Source: Vicinamibacterales bacterium (GTDB taxonomy: Bacteria; Acidobacteriota; Vicinamibacteria; Vicinamibacterales; 2-12-FULL-66-21). Taken from it: a stretch of DNA of 64,000 nt. Where the stretch lies: positions 8,125 through 72,124 of the forward strand of contig DATLXP010000016.1 of NCBI GenBank assembly GCA_035575695.1, read 5' to 3'. Positions within the stretch are counted from its first letter, which is position 1, and each line of letters starts with the position of its first letter. The translations under genes were made by a program, and so were the position numbers. A model generated the notes under the pieces. The model was not told where the DNA came from. It saw only the letters and a program-made list of their open reading frames with translations, and did no database searches. Positions 17,937 to 27,817 of this stretch are shown here, in pieces.

Positions 17937-19715
17937 ATGGGCTCTGCGTTTCGTCGTCTGCTCCCGTACGTCTTGCGGTACCGGCGTCAATTTTCCCTCG
18001 GTCTTTTCTTCGTCGTTGCGACCACGGCGATCCAATTGTTGCCGCCGTGGGTGTTGAAGCATGCCGTCGACGACCTGACAGCCGGCGTGACGGTGGCGAA
18101 GCTTCTACGCTATGCCGGCATGATCGTCGTGATCGCCTGCGGAGGGGCGATCTTCAGATATCTCATGCGGCTGGTGCTCATCGGTGCGTCGCGCGACATC
18201 GAGTACGACATTCGGAGCGCGTTCTTTGCCAGGCTCCAGCAGATGCCGCTTGGGTACTACCAGGCGCGCCGCACTGGCGACCTCATGTCCCGCGCGACCA
18301 ACGACCTCAACGCGGTGCGCATGATGGTCGGTCCAGCGGTGATGTACTCCGCCAACACCATCATCGTCTTCGTGGTCGCCATCCTCGTCATGCTCTCGAT
18401 CGACGTGCGGCTGACGCTCATCGCCCTCGTGCCGTTGCCCCTGGTATCGGTCAGCGTGCACTACTTCGGCCGCGCGATCCATCGGCGGTTCGAGGCGATC
18501 CAGGCGCAGTTGTCGGAAATGAGCGCCGTGGTGCAGGAGAACCTCGCGGGCGTGCGCGTCGTGCGTGCGTATGCGCAGGAGGCGCATGAGCTCGACCGCT
18601 TTCGTGAGGTCAACCGGGACTACGTCAGCCGGATGCGATCGCTCATCCGGCTGCAGGGGATGTTCTATCCAAGCCTGACCCTCTTTCTGGGTATGGGCTC
18701 GCTCCTGGTGCTGTGGCTGGGCGGGGAAGCGGTCATCCAGCAACGGATCACCCTCGGGGAGTTTTTTGCGTTCAACGCGTACCTCGCGATGCTGAGCTGG
18801 CCGATGATCGCGTTCGGGTGGGTCACCAACATCCTGCAGCGGGGGATGGCCTCGTGGGGCCGCATGCTCGAAGTGATGGACGCCCTGCCCGCGATCAACG
18901 ATGCCGATGTGACGGAGCGGGGGCGCACGGCGCCGCTCTCAGGGACCATCGAGTTCCGTCACCTGACGTTCACGTATCCGGGATCAACGACCGCCGTGCT
19001 GTCCGATGTCTCCATCCGCATCGGCGCCGGCACGACCGCGGCCTTCATAGGCCCAACGGGATCGGGCAAGTCGACGCTCCTCAGCCTGCTGCCGCGCCTG
19101 CATGAGCCACCGCCCGGAACCGTGTTTCTAGACGGCGTGGATGTGCGCGAGATTCCACTCGACCGCCTGCGCGGGGCGATCGGGTTCGTGCCCCAGGAGC
19201 CGTTCCTGTTCTCGACATCCCTCGCGGAGAACATCCGCTTCTCCGACCGCACTCAGGGACCCACGGACCCTGGGACCCAGGAACCTGCCGACCGCGTAGC
19301 CGACGCCGCGGCCATCGCGCGGCTGGACAAGGACGTCGCCCAGTTCCCCTCCCGATACGACACCGTGATCGGTGAGCGAGGCATCACGCTCTCCGGCGGC
19401 CAGAAACAGCGGACCGCCATCGCCAGGGCGGTGTTTGCCGATCCGCTGATCATGATCCTCGACGACGCCCTGTCGGCCGTGGATACGCAGACAGAGGACG
19501 AGATCCTCGGGCGGTTGCGGGGTGTCATGCGCCAGCGCACCTCGTTGATCATCGCGCACCGGGTGTCGACGGTGCGGCAGGCGGACCAGATCGTGGTACT
19601 CGACGGCGGCCGTGTGGTCGAGCAGGGCGCGCACGATGAGCTCATCGCTCTCGGCGGGACCTACGCGTCCCTCTATCGGAAGCAGCTGCTCGAAGAGGAA
19701 CTGGACGCCAGCTGA
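17937..19715 (+). CDS. ABC exporter, fused permease/ATPase (MsbA/multidrug type), subunit 1
   Basis: 592 aa. Walker A GPTGSGKST, signature LSGGQKQR, Walker B ILDDALSAVD. Confidence 0.9.
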   Translation: MGSAFRRLLPYVLRYRRQFSLGLFFVVATTAIQLLPPWVLKHAVDDLTAGVTVAKLLRYAGMIVVIACGGAIFRYLMRLVLIGASRDIEYDIRSAFFARLQQMPLGYYQARRTGDLMSRATNDLNAVRMMVGPAVMYSANTIIVFVVAILVMLSIDVRLTLIALVPLPLVSVSVHYFGRAIHRRFEAIQAQLSEMSAVVQENLAGVRVVRAYAQEAHELDRFREVNRDYVSRMRSLIRLQGMFYPSLTLFLGMGSLLVLWLGGEAVIQQRITLGEFFAFNAYLAMLSWPMIAFGWVTNILQRGMASWGRMLEVMDALPAINDADVTERGRTAPLSGTIEFRHLTFTYPGSTTAVLSDVSIRIGAGTTAAFIGPTGSGKSTLLSLLPRLHEPPPGTVFLDGVDVREIPLDRLRGAIGFVPQEPFLFSTSLAENIRFSDRTQGPTDPGTQEPADRVADAAAIARLDKDVAQFPSRYDTVIGERGITLSGGQKQRTAIARAVFADPLIMILDDALSAVDTQTEDEILGRLRGVMRQRTSLIIAHRVSTVRQADQIVVLDGGRVVEQGAHDELIALGGTYASLYRKQLLEEELDAS

Positions 19716-21487
19716 TGTCGATGCACGAGGATGACGTTCTCGGAAAGGCCTACGACGTCAGGCTGATGCGGCGCCTGCTCCGGTACCTGCGCCCGTACTG
19801 GCGCCAGGTCCTGGTGGCGCTCGTGGCCATCGTCTGCTCGTCGGCCCTGCAGCTCGCCCAGCCGTACCTGATGAAGGTGGCGATCGACGACTACATCGCG
19901 GCCGGCAACCTCGAGGGGCTGGGGCTGATTGCGGCGTTCTACCTCGCCGTGCTGGTCGCCGGCTTTCTGCTCGAATACCTGCAGACGTGGACGCTGCAGA
20001 ACACCGGGCAGAAGATCATGTTCGACATGCGCATGGAGATCTACGGACACCTGCAGCGCCTCGACGTCCAGTACTTCGATCGCCATCCTGTCGGCCGACT
20101 GATGACGCGCGTCACCACGGACGTGGACGTGCTCAACGAACTCTTCACGGCCGGCGTCGTATCGGTCTTCGGCGATATCTTCCTGCTCATCGGCATCATG
20201 ACCGCCCTCGCGCTCATGGACTGGCGTCTCGCGGTCGTCGCCTTCACCGTACTGCCCCTGATCGCGCTCGTCACCCAGTGGTTCCGCCGCAATGTGCGCG
20301 AGTCGTACCGCGGCGTCCGCCTGTGGATCGCGCGCATCAACGCCTTTCTCCAGGAGCACATCACCGGCATGTCCACGGTGCAGCTCTTCCGGCGCGAGCA
20401 GCGCAGCCTCACGGCGTTCGACGCCGTCAATCGCGGCCATCGCGATGCGAACGTGGACTCGATCTACTACTACGCCGTCTTCTACCCGGCGATCGAAGTC
20501 ATTGGCGCGCTCTCGACCGCCATGATCATCTGGTTCGGAGGCGGATGGGTGCTCGAAGGCTCCCTGTCGCTGGGTTCGTTTCTCGCATTCCTGCTGTACT
20601 CCCAACGCTTCTATAGACCCATCAGCGACCTGTCGGAGAAATTCAATATCCTCCAGGCCGCCATGGCGTCGAGCGAGCGGATCTTCCAGCTCCTGGATAC
20701 GCCGCCTCGCATAACATCGACACTCCAACCCTCCAACTCCGGACCCCGGCCCCCGGGCGTCGGTCACATCGCGTTCGACGACGTGTCGTTTGCGTACAAC
20801 GACACCGATGAGGTGTTGAGGCACGTGTCGTTCGAGGTCAAGCCTGGCGAGCGCGTCGGTATCGTCGGCGCCACCGGGGCAGGCAAGTCCACGATCATCA
20901 ATCTCCTGCTGCGCTTCTACGACGTGACGGGCGGACGCATTCTCGTCGACGGCGTCGACATCCGCGAGCTCAACCTGCAGGATCTGCGGCGGCTGTTCAG
21001 TCTCGTGCTGCAGGACGTGCACCTGTTTCAGGGAACGATCGCATCGAATATCCGCCTCGGCGAGACGACCATCGACGATGAGCGCCTGCGGAGCGCGGCG
21101 GCGTCGGTTCACGCGAGCGGCTTCATCGAACGTCTGCCGCAGGGATACGGCACGGCGGTCGCAGAGCGCGGCGCGACGCTTTCGGTCGGCCAGAAGCAGT
21201 TGTTGTCGTTTGCGCGCGCACTCGCGTTCGATCCGCGGATCCTCGTGCTCGATGAAGCCACGTCCAGCGTGGACACTGAAACCGAACTCCTCATCCAGGA
21301 CGCACTGCACACGCTGATGGCCGGCCGCACGACCATCGCGATTGCGCATCGACTCTCCACGATCCAGGACATGGACAAGATTCTCGTCCTTCATCGCGGT
21401 CAGTTGAGGGAGTCAGGGACCCACCAGGAGCTGCTGGCGCAGCGCGGGATCTATTACAGGCTGTTCGAGTTGCAGTACAACTCCTGA
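19715..21487 (+). CDS. ABC exporter, fused permease/ATPase, subunit 2 (probable heterodimer partner)
   Basis: 590 aa. GATGAGKST, LSVGQKQL, LVLDEATSSVD. The start overlaps the upstream stop by 1 nt. Confidence 0.9.
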   Translation: MSMHEDDVLGKAYDVRLMRRLLRYLRPYWRQVLVALVAIVCSSALQLAQPYLMKVAIDDYIAAGNLEGLGLIAAFYLAVLVAGFLLEYLQTWTLQNTGQKIMFDMRMEIYGHLQRLDVQYFDRHPVGRLMTRVTTDVDVLNELFTAGVVSVFGDIFLLIGIMTALALMDWRLAVVAFTVLPLIALVTQWFRRNVRESYRGVRLWIARINAFLQEHITGMSTVQLFRREQRSLTAFDAVNRGHRDANVDSIYYYAVFYPAIEVIGALSTAMIIWFGGGWVLEGSLSLGSFLAFLLYSQRFYRPISDLSEKFNILQAAMASSERIFQLLDTPPRITSTLQPSNSGPRPPGVGHIAFDDVSFAYNDTDEVLRHVSFEVKPGERVGIVGATGAGKSTIINLLLRFYDVTGGRILVDGVDIRELNLQDLRRLFSLVLQDVHLFQGTIASNIRLGETTIDDERLRSAAASVHASGFIERLPQGYGTAVAERGATLSVGQKQLLSFARALAFDPRILVLDEATSSVDTETELLIQDALHTLMAGRTTIAIAHRLSTIQDMDKILVLHRGQLRESGTHQELLAQRGIYYRLFELQYNS

Positions 21488-21511
21488 TTCCCAGACCGGG
21501 CCCGGTGGGTG

Positions 21512-22057
21512 CTATTTCACGGGGTTCGGAGGTCGGAGGTCGGTGTCAGGAATTGGCAAGGCCCGCATGTGTTCGCGCTGCTTGAACAGGCGGTCGATCA
21601 GGGATGGTGAGCTCGCGAGCGGGTTCCACCCGAGCCTCAGAACGGTGAGCGCGATCGGTCGGCGTCCGAGTTCGAGCGCTGCGTGGCAGCTCCACAGGTA
21701 GATGTCCACGTGGCGACCCTGGACCTTGGGACCCGTGTCCATGACTGTGTAGATACCGTTGTAACGATCGTCGAGCTTGTCGACGCGGATGACCGAGCCC
21801 ACCGGCAGGAGGTCAGGGTCGCCCGCCGCTATGCCGTGGCGGACGTTGACGCCCGACTTGGTGACGGTCCCTTTGCAGTATGCCGTTGCCGTAAACCTCA
21901 GGCGCGCGCCGGTCTCGGGCTTTGCCGGTTCGCGGAATTCGAGGACCCGCGTGAAGGGGCGCGAGTCCAGGATGCTGGCTTCGAAGAGATACGCGAAGCC
22001 AAGGACGGCGACGACCGTCGCAAGAGCCTTCCGCCCCGTAGATCGCGTCAAGAACAT
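21512..22057 (-). CDS. 3D-domain protein (MltA/RlpA-like double-psi barrel)
   Basis: 181 aa. It has an N-terminal TM helix and ...TATAYC...GIAAGDPDLLPVGSVIRV...DTGP...VDIY. Confidence 0.75.
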   Translation of the reverse strand: MFLTRSTGRKALATVVAVLGFAYLFEASILDSRPFTRVLEFREPAKPETGARLRFTATAYCKGTVTKSGVNVRHGIAAGDPDLLPVGSVIRVDKLDDRYNGIYTVMDTGPKVQGRHVDIYLWSCHAALELGRRPIALTVLRLGWNPLASSPSLIDRLFKQREHMRALPIPDTDLRPPNPVK

Positions 22058-22143
22058 GGCGTGGAACCAGCTCCACTATACGCCCCGCGCCCTGCGCCGG
22101 CCAGGGCATCGCTAACGTGTTGCTGTTCAGTGGGTTATGTCTG

Positions 22144-23211
22144 TCAGAAATGCGTGAAGCCGCGCGGCAGCGGCGCGGAACGGCCGTCCCGGCCGACCAT
22201 GAGGTCGGGCTCCGTGGTCAGCTCGCCGATGCGGGTCAGCGGCACGCCGCGCGCGGCGGTCTCGGCCGAGCGAAGCCGCCGGGCCGTCTTGCGAGGCACC
22301 GCGAAGAGGAGCTCGTAATCATCCCCTCCGGACAACGCCGCGTCGACCGGGTCGCGGTCCCGCGCGGTGAACCACGCCCGCGCGGCGCTATCGATCGGTA
22401 ACGCCGACGCATCGATCGCCGCTCCGGTGCCGCTCGCCTCCGCGATCTGACGAACGGCATCCGCGAGTCCATCGCTGAGGTCCATGCACGCAGAGGCCAC
22501 GCGCGCGCGCCCGAGCACGGCGCCGATCCGAAGCCGCGGCTCGGGTCGACGATGCCGCCCGACGCAGGCGGCCAGGCCGTCGTCGTCCGGGTGAAGGCGG
22601 ACATTGCGTGACGCGGCCGCGTCCGCCTCGAGTCGAACCTTCTCCTGCAACCAGTCCAGGCCGGCTGCGGCGGCGCCGATGGAGCCCGTGACGTAGAGTG
22701 CATCACCAGGCCGTCCACCGCTCCGCCTCAGAATGCGTCGGGGTCTCACGTGACCCGTTGCGGTCACGTCCACGATCAAGGCCCCGGGGGAGCGCGTGAT
22801 GTTTCCGCCGGCGACGGCGACCCTCGCGATGCCCGACATCTCCAGGATGCCGTCGAGCAGCGCATCGATGTCTTCGAGCGATGTGCCGTCAGGCAGCATC
22901 AACGAGACGAGCGCGAGCGAGGGGGTGCCACCCATCGCTGCCACGTCGCTCACGTTCACGGCGATCGCCTTGTAGCCGACGTCGGCCAGCGACGAGAAGC
23001 GCCGGTCGAAATGTACTCCCTCGACGAGCGCATCCGTGGTGAGGACCTGCAGGGCGCCGCGCTCGGGGATCGCCACCGCGGCATCGTCGCCAACGGCGAC
23101 GATCAGTGACGCAGGGGCTGGCGGAAGCCGGGTGCGGATGCGGTCGATGATGGTCCGTTCGCCTGGCGTGGCGCACGGGTCATGTAACGCATGACTAGCG
23201 GGCGAAATCAA
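22144..23211 (-). CDS. thiL: Thiamine-monophosphate kinase
   Basis: 355 aa. VGDDAAV, TTDALVEGVHF, MDLSDGL. Confidence 0.9.
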   Translation of the reverse strand: MISPASHALHDPCATPGERTIIDRIRTRLPPAPASLIVAVGDDAAVAIPERGALQVLTTDALVEGVHFDRRFSSLADVGYKAIAVNVSDVAAMGGTPSLALVSLMLPDGTSLEDIDALLDGILEMSGIARVAVAGGNITRSPGALIVDVTATGHVRPRRILRRSGGRPGDALYVTGSIGAAAAGLDWLQEKVRLEADAAASRNVRLHPDDDGLAACVGRHRRPEPRLRIGAVLGRARVASACMDLSDGLADAVRQIAEASGTGAAIDASALPIDSAARAWFTARDRDPVDAALSGGDDYELLFAVPRKTARRLRSAETAARGVPLTRIGELTTEPDLMVGRDGRSAPLPRGFTHF

Positions 23212-24772
23212 CGGCGCGGGTCTCCCGGATCACGGTGACCTTGATCTGGCCAGGGTACTGGAGCTCGTTCTCGATGCGCCGTGCGATGTCCTTCGACAGC
23301 CACACCGTCGCCTCGTCCGAGACCCGGTCGCTTTCGACGACGATCCGGATTTCGCGCCCGGCCTGAAGGGCGAAGGCCTTCGACACGCCTTCGAAGGAGT
23401 CGGCGATGTCTTCGAGTTTCTCGAGACGCTTGACGTACGACTCGAGAATGTCGCGGCGTGCGCCGGGGCGCGCGGCAGAGATCGCGTCGGCCGCCTGGAC
23501 GATCATGGCCTCGAGTGACGGCCAGTCGATGTCCATGTGGTGCGCGGCGACCGCCTGCAACACCGGCTCGCTCTCGCCGTGCTTGCGGAGGAAGTCGAGC
23601 CCGAGCTCGAGATGCGTGCCTTGCAGATCGCGGTCGATGGCCTTCCCGATGTCGTGGAGGAACGCCGCGCGCGCGGCGACCTGGCCGTTGAGGCCGAGCT
23701 CCTTCGCCATGATGCCCGCGAGGAAGGCCACTTCGCTGGAGTGGTTCAGCACGTTCTGGCCGTAGCTGGTGCGATATTTCAGCCGCCCCATGAGCCTCAG
23801 GACGTCTGGATGCAGGTCGAAGAGGCCGAGCTCGAATGCCGCCGCTTCGCCGTCCTTGCGGACGCTTTCTTCCATGTCCGCCTTGACGCGTTCGACGACC
23901 TCTTCGATCCTCGCCGGGTGGATCCGGCCGTCCGCGATGAGCCGTTCGATGGCCTGGCGCGCGACTTCCCGCCGATACGGATCGAAGCTGGACAGGATGA
24001 TAGCCCCTGGCGTGTCGTCGACGATGAGCTCTACGCCGGTGGCGGTTTCAAGCGCCCGGATGTTGCGTCCTTCGCGCCCGATGATGCGCCCCTTGAGATC
24101 GTCGCTCGGGAGGTCGACCACCGACACCGTGGTTTCGATGGCGTGCTCGGCCGCGCTGCGCTGGATGGCATCCGCAATGATCTCGCGGGCGCGCTGCGCC
24201 GCGGTCTCCCGCGCTTCGGCTTCGAGGCGCTTGACGAGATTGGCGGCATCGCGGCGTGCGTCTGTCTCGATCTGTTTGAGCAGGAGCTCCCTGGCTTCTT
24301 CGGCCGTGAGCCCTGCGACACGCTGCAGATCGCGCTGACGCTCGGCGAGGATCTGCTCGGCGTGGGCCAGGGCCGCGCCCGCGGCCTGGTCCTGTGCGGC
24401 GATCGTGCGCTCCCGGTCGCGAAGCTCACGTTCGATGCGCTCGGTGGACGTGAGGCGGTCCGCGAGGGCGCGCGTCTTGTCGGCGAGCACCTGTTCGAGG
24501 CCGGAGATTTCCTGGCGGCGTTCGCGGGCCTGCAGGTCGGCCTCCGCGGCGAGCTCGTGCGCCCGCTCACGGGCTTCGAGTGCCGCTTCCTTCCGCAGGC
24601 TGTCCGCGTCGCGCTCAGCCTGCTTCAGCACGCGCGCCGCTTCGGCATGGGCCCGTTCCACCGAATCATCGGTCGCGCGGCGACGACCGCGCGTGACGAG
24701 AAAAATGAGACCGCCGAAGGCTACGGCCGTCAGGACTACCAGGAAAATCGTGGCGGCGGAAGGAGTGCCCAT
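23195..24772 (-). CDS. rny: Ribonuclease Y
   Basis: I set the start at the internal ATG, which gives an N-terminal TM helix (MGTPSAATIFLVVLTAVAFGGLIFLV). It is followed by a coiled coil, a KH domain (GRIIGREGRNIRA) and an HD domain (AAFLHDIGKA). Confidence 0.92.
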   Translation of the reverse strand: MGTPSAATIFLVVLTAVAFGGLIFLVTRGRRRATDDSVERAHAEAARVLKQAERDADSLRKEAALEARERAHELAAEADLQARERRQEISGLEQVLADKTRALADRLTSTERIERELRDRERTIAAQDQAAGAALAHAEQILAERQRDLQRVAGLTAEEARELLLKQIETDARRDAANLVKRLEAEARETAAQRAREIIADAIQRSAAEHAIETTVSVVDLPSDDLKGRIIGREGRNIRALETATGVELIVDDTPGAIILSSFDPYRREVARQAIERLIADGRIHPARIEEVVERVKADMEESVRKDGEAAAFELGLFDLHPDVLRLMGRLKYRTSYGQNVLNHSSEVAFLAGIMAKELGLNGQVAARAAFLHDIGKAIDRDLQGTHLELGLDFLRKHGESEPVLQAVAAHHMDIDWPSLEAMIVQAADAISAARPGARRDILESYVKRLEKLEDIADSFEGVSKAFALQAGREIRIVVESDRVSDEATVWLSKDIARRIENELQYPGQIKVTVIRETRAVDFAR

Positions 24773-25032
24773 AACAGAACAGAAAGGCCCCGCTTTGCCG
24801 TGTGGGGAGGTCGGATGAACCTGCGTAAGCAGGTGGAACCGCTGCACAAGCCGCGCTTTAGGCTTCCTCTTACAGAGGCATGCACACCACGCAGCGTCGC
24901 GATTCTCTTCGGATAAAACGTTGGCTCAAACGAGCCTCCGAGCCATCACGCACAAAGCAGGGAACTCAAACTCAAACCCTACCGGCATCTTACTGCAGCG
25001 CCGCGGCGGCGGTGCGAAAGATTTCGCGAGGA

Positions 25033-25353
25033 CTAACCCTGCGCGCGGGCGGCGCCAGGCTGATCGAGACCGAGCGCCAGATCGAGCATGCGCTCGAGCT
25101 CTTCCGCGCGGTCGCTGAGGCGCGTTCGACGATCCTGATCATCGTGCTGGACCCTGAAGCACTCGTCGGCGATGTTGAGGGCCGCGAGCACCGCGATCTT
25201 CAGCGAGTCCCCCGCGGCGGACTCCAGGGAGGCCGCGCGCATCTTCATGTCCACGTAGGCCGCGAGCTCGGCGACGTACGCCGGCTCCAACCCGCTACGG
25301 ATCGGGTACTGCTGTCCGTGGATTTCCACGTGTATGACGCGCGAGTCGTCCAT
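25033..25353 (-). CDS. zapA: Cell division protein ZapA
   Basis: 106 aa. VEIHGQQYPIRSG...IAVLAALNIADE. Confidence 0.85.
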   Translation of the reverse strand: MDDSRVIHVEIHGQQYPIRSGLEPAYVAELAAYVDMKMRAASLESAAGDSLKIAVLAALNIADECFRVQHDDQDRRTRLSDRAEELERMLDLALGLDQPGAARAQG

Positions 25354-25382
25354 GGGGATCGGCTTCAGGTCCTGGCCTCGGA

Positions 25383-25661
25383 CTACAGGTTCAAGCCTTC
25401 GATCTGCTGGAGCATGTCCGTGACGCGCGAGCGCACCAGTTCCCGTTCTTCCCGGAGTGCGCTCAGCTCCGCGCCGGCGCCGTCTGCTTCGGCGACCCTC
25501 GAGCGCTGGGCCTCGAGCTCGCGCGTCAGCCGCTCGTTGTCGTCAGAGGCTCTGAGATGCTCCGCGCGCAAGCGATCGATCACGCCCACGAGCATCTTCA
25601 ACTTTTCTTCGAGCCGATCAATCGGTTCAAGATCCACCGAACGATCCATCACTGCCTTGGC
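25383..25661 (-). CDS. ZapB-like coiled-coil cell-division protein
   Basis: It is a short all-coiled-coil protein (IDRLEEKLKMLVGVIDRLRAEH...). The TTG at 25661 sits 6 nt after AAGGAG. The ATG at 25649 is the alternative start. Confidence 0.6.
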   Translation of the reverse strand, partial: AKAVMDRSVDLEPIDRLEEKLKMLVGVIDRLRAEHLRASDDNERLTRELEAQRSRVAEADGAGAELSALREERELVRSRVTDMLQQIEGLNL

Positions 25662-25756
25662 CAATCTGTGCTCCTTTATGGATCGGCGGGGCCCGTGCAC
25701 CCGCCTGGCGACCTTCACTCGCTCGCGCTCCGTACCGGTCGCTCAGCGTTGCAAAC

Positions 25757-27817
25757 TTATCGCCGTTCCGCGCCGTGGATCTTCTGCACTGCCGCCACGA
25801 TCGCCGTCATGGCCGCCTCCACTTCGTCATCGGTCAGCGTGCGATCCGATGAACGGAATGTGAGCCGCAGCGACAGGCTCACGCGACCATCCGGAACGCC
25901 CTTCCCCTGGTATCGATCGAACTCGCGGATCGTCTCGAGGGTCGACGGCGCCGACGATCGGATAGTGCCACGAACGGCAGCAGCAGGCAAGGATTCGCCG
26001 ACGAGAATCGAGAGATCGCGGACGATCGACGGATACTTCGGGATCGACGCCGCCCGCAGTTCGTCCGGCGACGCCGTCGCCTCGAGGGCATCGACGTCGA
26101 GCTCAGCGACATAAAGCTCCTCGGCGGCCGGAAATCCGCGCGCCTCGGCCACGGCCGGCGCCAGCTGCCCCATCACGCCCAGGGTCACACGACGGATGCT
26201 CACGGTCGCCGCGCGTCCGCGCACGAGCCAGGCGGCGTCGGACGGGCTGAACTCCGGCGCCGCAACGCCGAGCGTGGAGCACAGGAGCTCGACGACACCT
26301 TTCACGTCGAAAAAGTCCACGGTCCGTGCCTCAGCCGACCAGTGGGTCTGAGATCCGGTGCCGGACCACGCCAAGGCCGCGGCGCGGCGTTCCCCGTCCG
26401 CCGTGAACCGGCTCCCGGTCTCGAACAGGCGCACGTCCTTGCGCCCGCGGCGCCTGTTGTGCGAACAGGAGTCCACCAGACCCGGCAGCAGCGACGGGCG
26501 GAGCACCGCGAACTTTTCCGACAACGGGTTCGCGATCGCGGCCGGCTCGGTGCCGGGCGCGCAGAAAGGGAGCGCCGCGTGGCGCTCGATGAAGGCGAAC
26601 GTCATGGACTCCGACAATCCGGCGGCCGTCATGACCGAGCGGATCCGGCGCTCGCGCTCCAGGCGCGCATTCGGCGCCGGCTGCGGCGCGGCCAGGACAG
26701 GGAAGGTCACCGGCAGACGGTCGAACCCGTGATGTCGCCCGACTTCCTCGATCAGGTCGACCTCGCGCGTCACGTCCACCCGGTAGGTGGGGACGGTCAC
26801 CGACCACCCCAAGCTGGCGCTTGTGACGCCGAAACCCAGCGCCTCGAGGTAGCGCGGGACATCACCAGCCGGCACCTCCTGCCCGAGGATGCGGGTGATG
26901 CGTGAGGCGCGGAGATGCAGCTGCCGAGGCTCGCGCGGTGCGGGGTAGCGGTCGATCAGCCCGCCGACGGGGCGTCCGGCCCCGAGCTGCGCGAAGAGCG
27001 CCGCCGCGCGCGCGATTCCGGCGGGCGGTGCCTCCACGTCCGCTCCACGTTCGAAACGCGATGACGCCTCGGTTTTCAGGTTCAGGCGCTTGCTCGTGCG
27101 GCGCACCGTGGCGGGCTGGAAGCAGGCGCTTTCGAGCACGATCCGGGTCGTCGAGGCTCCGACCTCCGAGCCGGCACCTCCCATCACGCCGCCAATCGCC
27201 GCCGGGCGCTCCGCGTCGGCAATCACCAGCATGTCGGGGGCCAGCGTGCGGTCAACACTGTCGAGCGTGCGCAGCGTCTCGCCCGCGCGGGCCCGGCGGA
27301 TCACGAGCGCGCCCCCGGCCAGCCGGTCGAGGTCGAACGCGTGCATCGGCTGGCCCATCTCGAGCATCACGTAGTTGGTGACGTCCACGATGTTGTTGAT
27401 GGGGCGGACCCCCGCGGCCGTCAGCCGATCCGCCAGCCAGTCCGGCGAGGAGGCGATCGTCACCTCGAAGACCTGCGCGCAGTACCGCGGGCAGAGCTCG
27501 GCGTCCTCGAGGGTGACCGAGACAGGCGACGGAGCCGCGTCAGACCGTGGTCGTTCCGCGTCCGGTCTCCCGGCGGGCACTCCACGATCTGCCACCGTCT
27601 TCAGAGGGCGTCCGTAGATGGCCGACACCTCGCGCGCGAGACCGAGGTGATTGAGGCAGTCAGGACGGTTCGCCGTGATCTCGAAGTCGATGACCGGCTG
27701 GTACCCGTGCTCGACGGAGGCCACCTCGAATCCCCGCAGTCCGAGGTCCGTTGCGAGCTGCTCGGGCGTCTCGCTGACCGCGACGAGATCGTTCAACCAG
27801 TGATAGACGAGTCTCAC
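25757..27817 (-). CDS. pheT: Phenylalanine--tRNA ligase beta subunit (short form, no B2/tRNA-binding OB domain)
   Basis: The GTG start overlaps the pheS stop (GTGA). The N-terminus VRLVYHWLNDL runs straight into VIDFEITANRPDCL. The protein is 686 aa. Confidence 0.9.
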   Translation of the reverse strand: MRLVYHWLNDLVAVSETPEQLATDLGLRGFEVASVEHGYQPVIDFEITANRPDCLNHLGLAREVSAIYGRPLKTVADRGVPAGRPDAERPRSDAAPSPVSVTLEDAELCPRYCAQVFEVTIASSPDWLADRLTAAGVRPINNIVDVTNYVMLEMGQPMHAFDLDRLAGGALVIRRARAGETLRTLDSVDRTLAPDMLVIADAERPAAIGGVMGGAGSEVGASTTRIVLESACFQPATVRRTSKRLNLKTEASSRFERGADVEAPPAGIARAAALFAQLGAGRPVGGLIDRYPAPREPRQLHLRASRITRILGQEVPAGDVPRYLEALGFGVTSASLGWSVTVPTYRVDVTREVDLIEEVGRHHGFDRLPVTFPVLAAPQPAPNARLERERRIRSVMTAAGLSESMTFAFIERHAALPFCAPGTEPAAIANPLSEKFAVLRPSLLPGLVDSCSHNRRRGRKDVRLFETGSRFTADGERRAAALAWSGTGSQTHWSAEARTVDFFDVKGVVELLCSTLGVAAPEFSPSDAAWLVRGRAATVSIRRVTLGVMGQLAPAVAEARGFPAAEELYVAELDVDALEATASPDELRAASIPKYPSIVRDLSILVGESLPAAAVRGTIRSSAPSTLETIREFDRYQGKGVPDGRVSLSLRLTFRSSDRTLTDDEVEAAMTAIVAAVQKIHGAERR

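Noticed and set aside
24773-25032. SRP (4.5S) RNA or a small protein in the zapA-rny gap
   Set aside because: There is no GGAAGCAGCC-type SRP domain IV motif, only GAGGAAGCC. The track ORFs here (24921-25118 and 24880-25863) are low-complexity and overlap zapA antisense.
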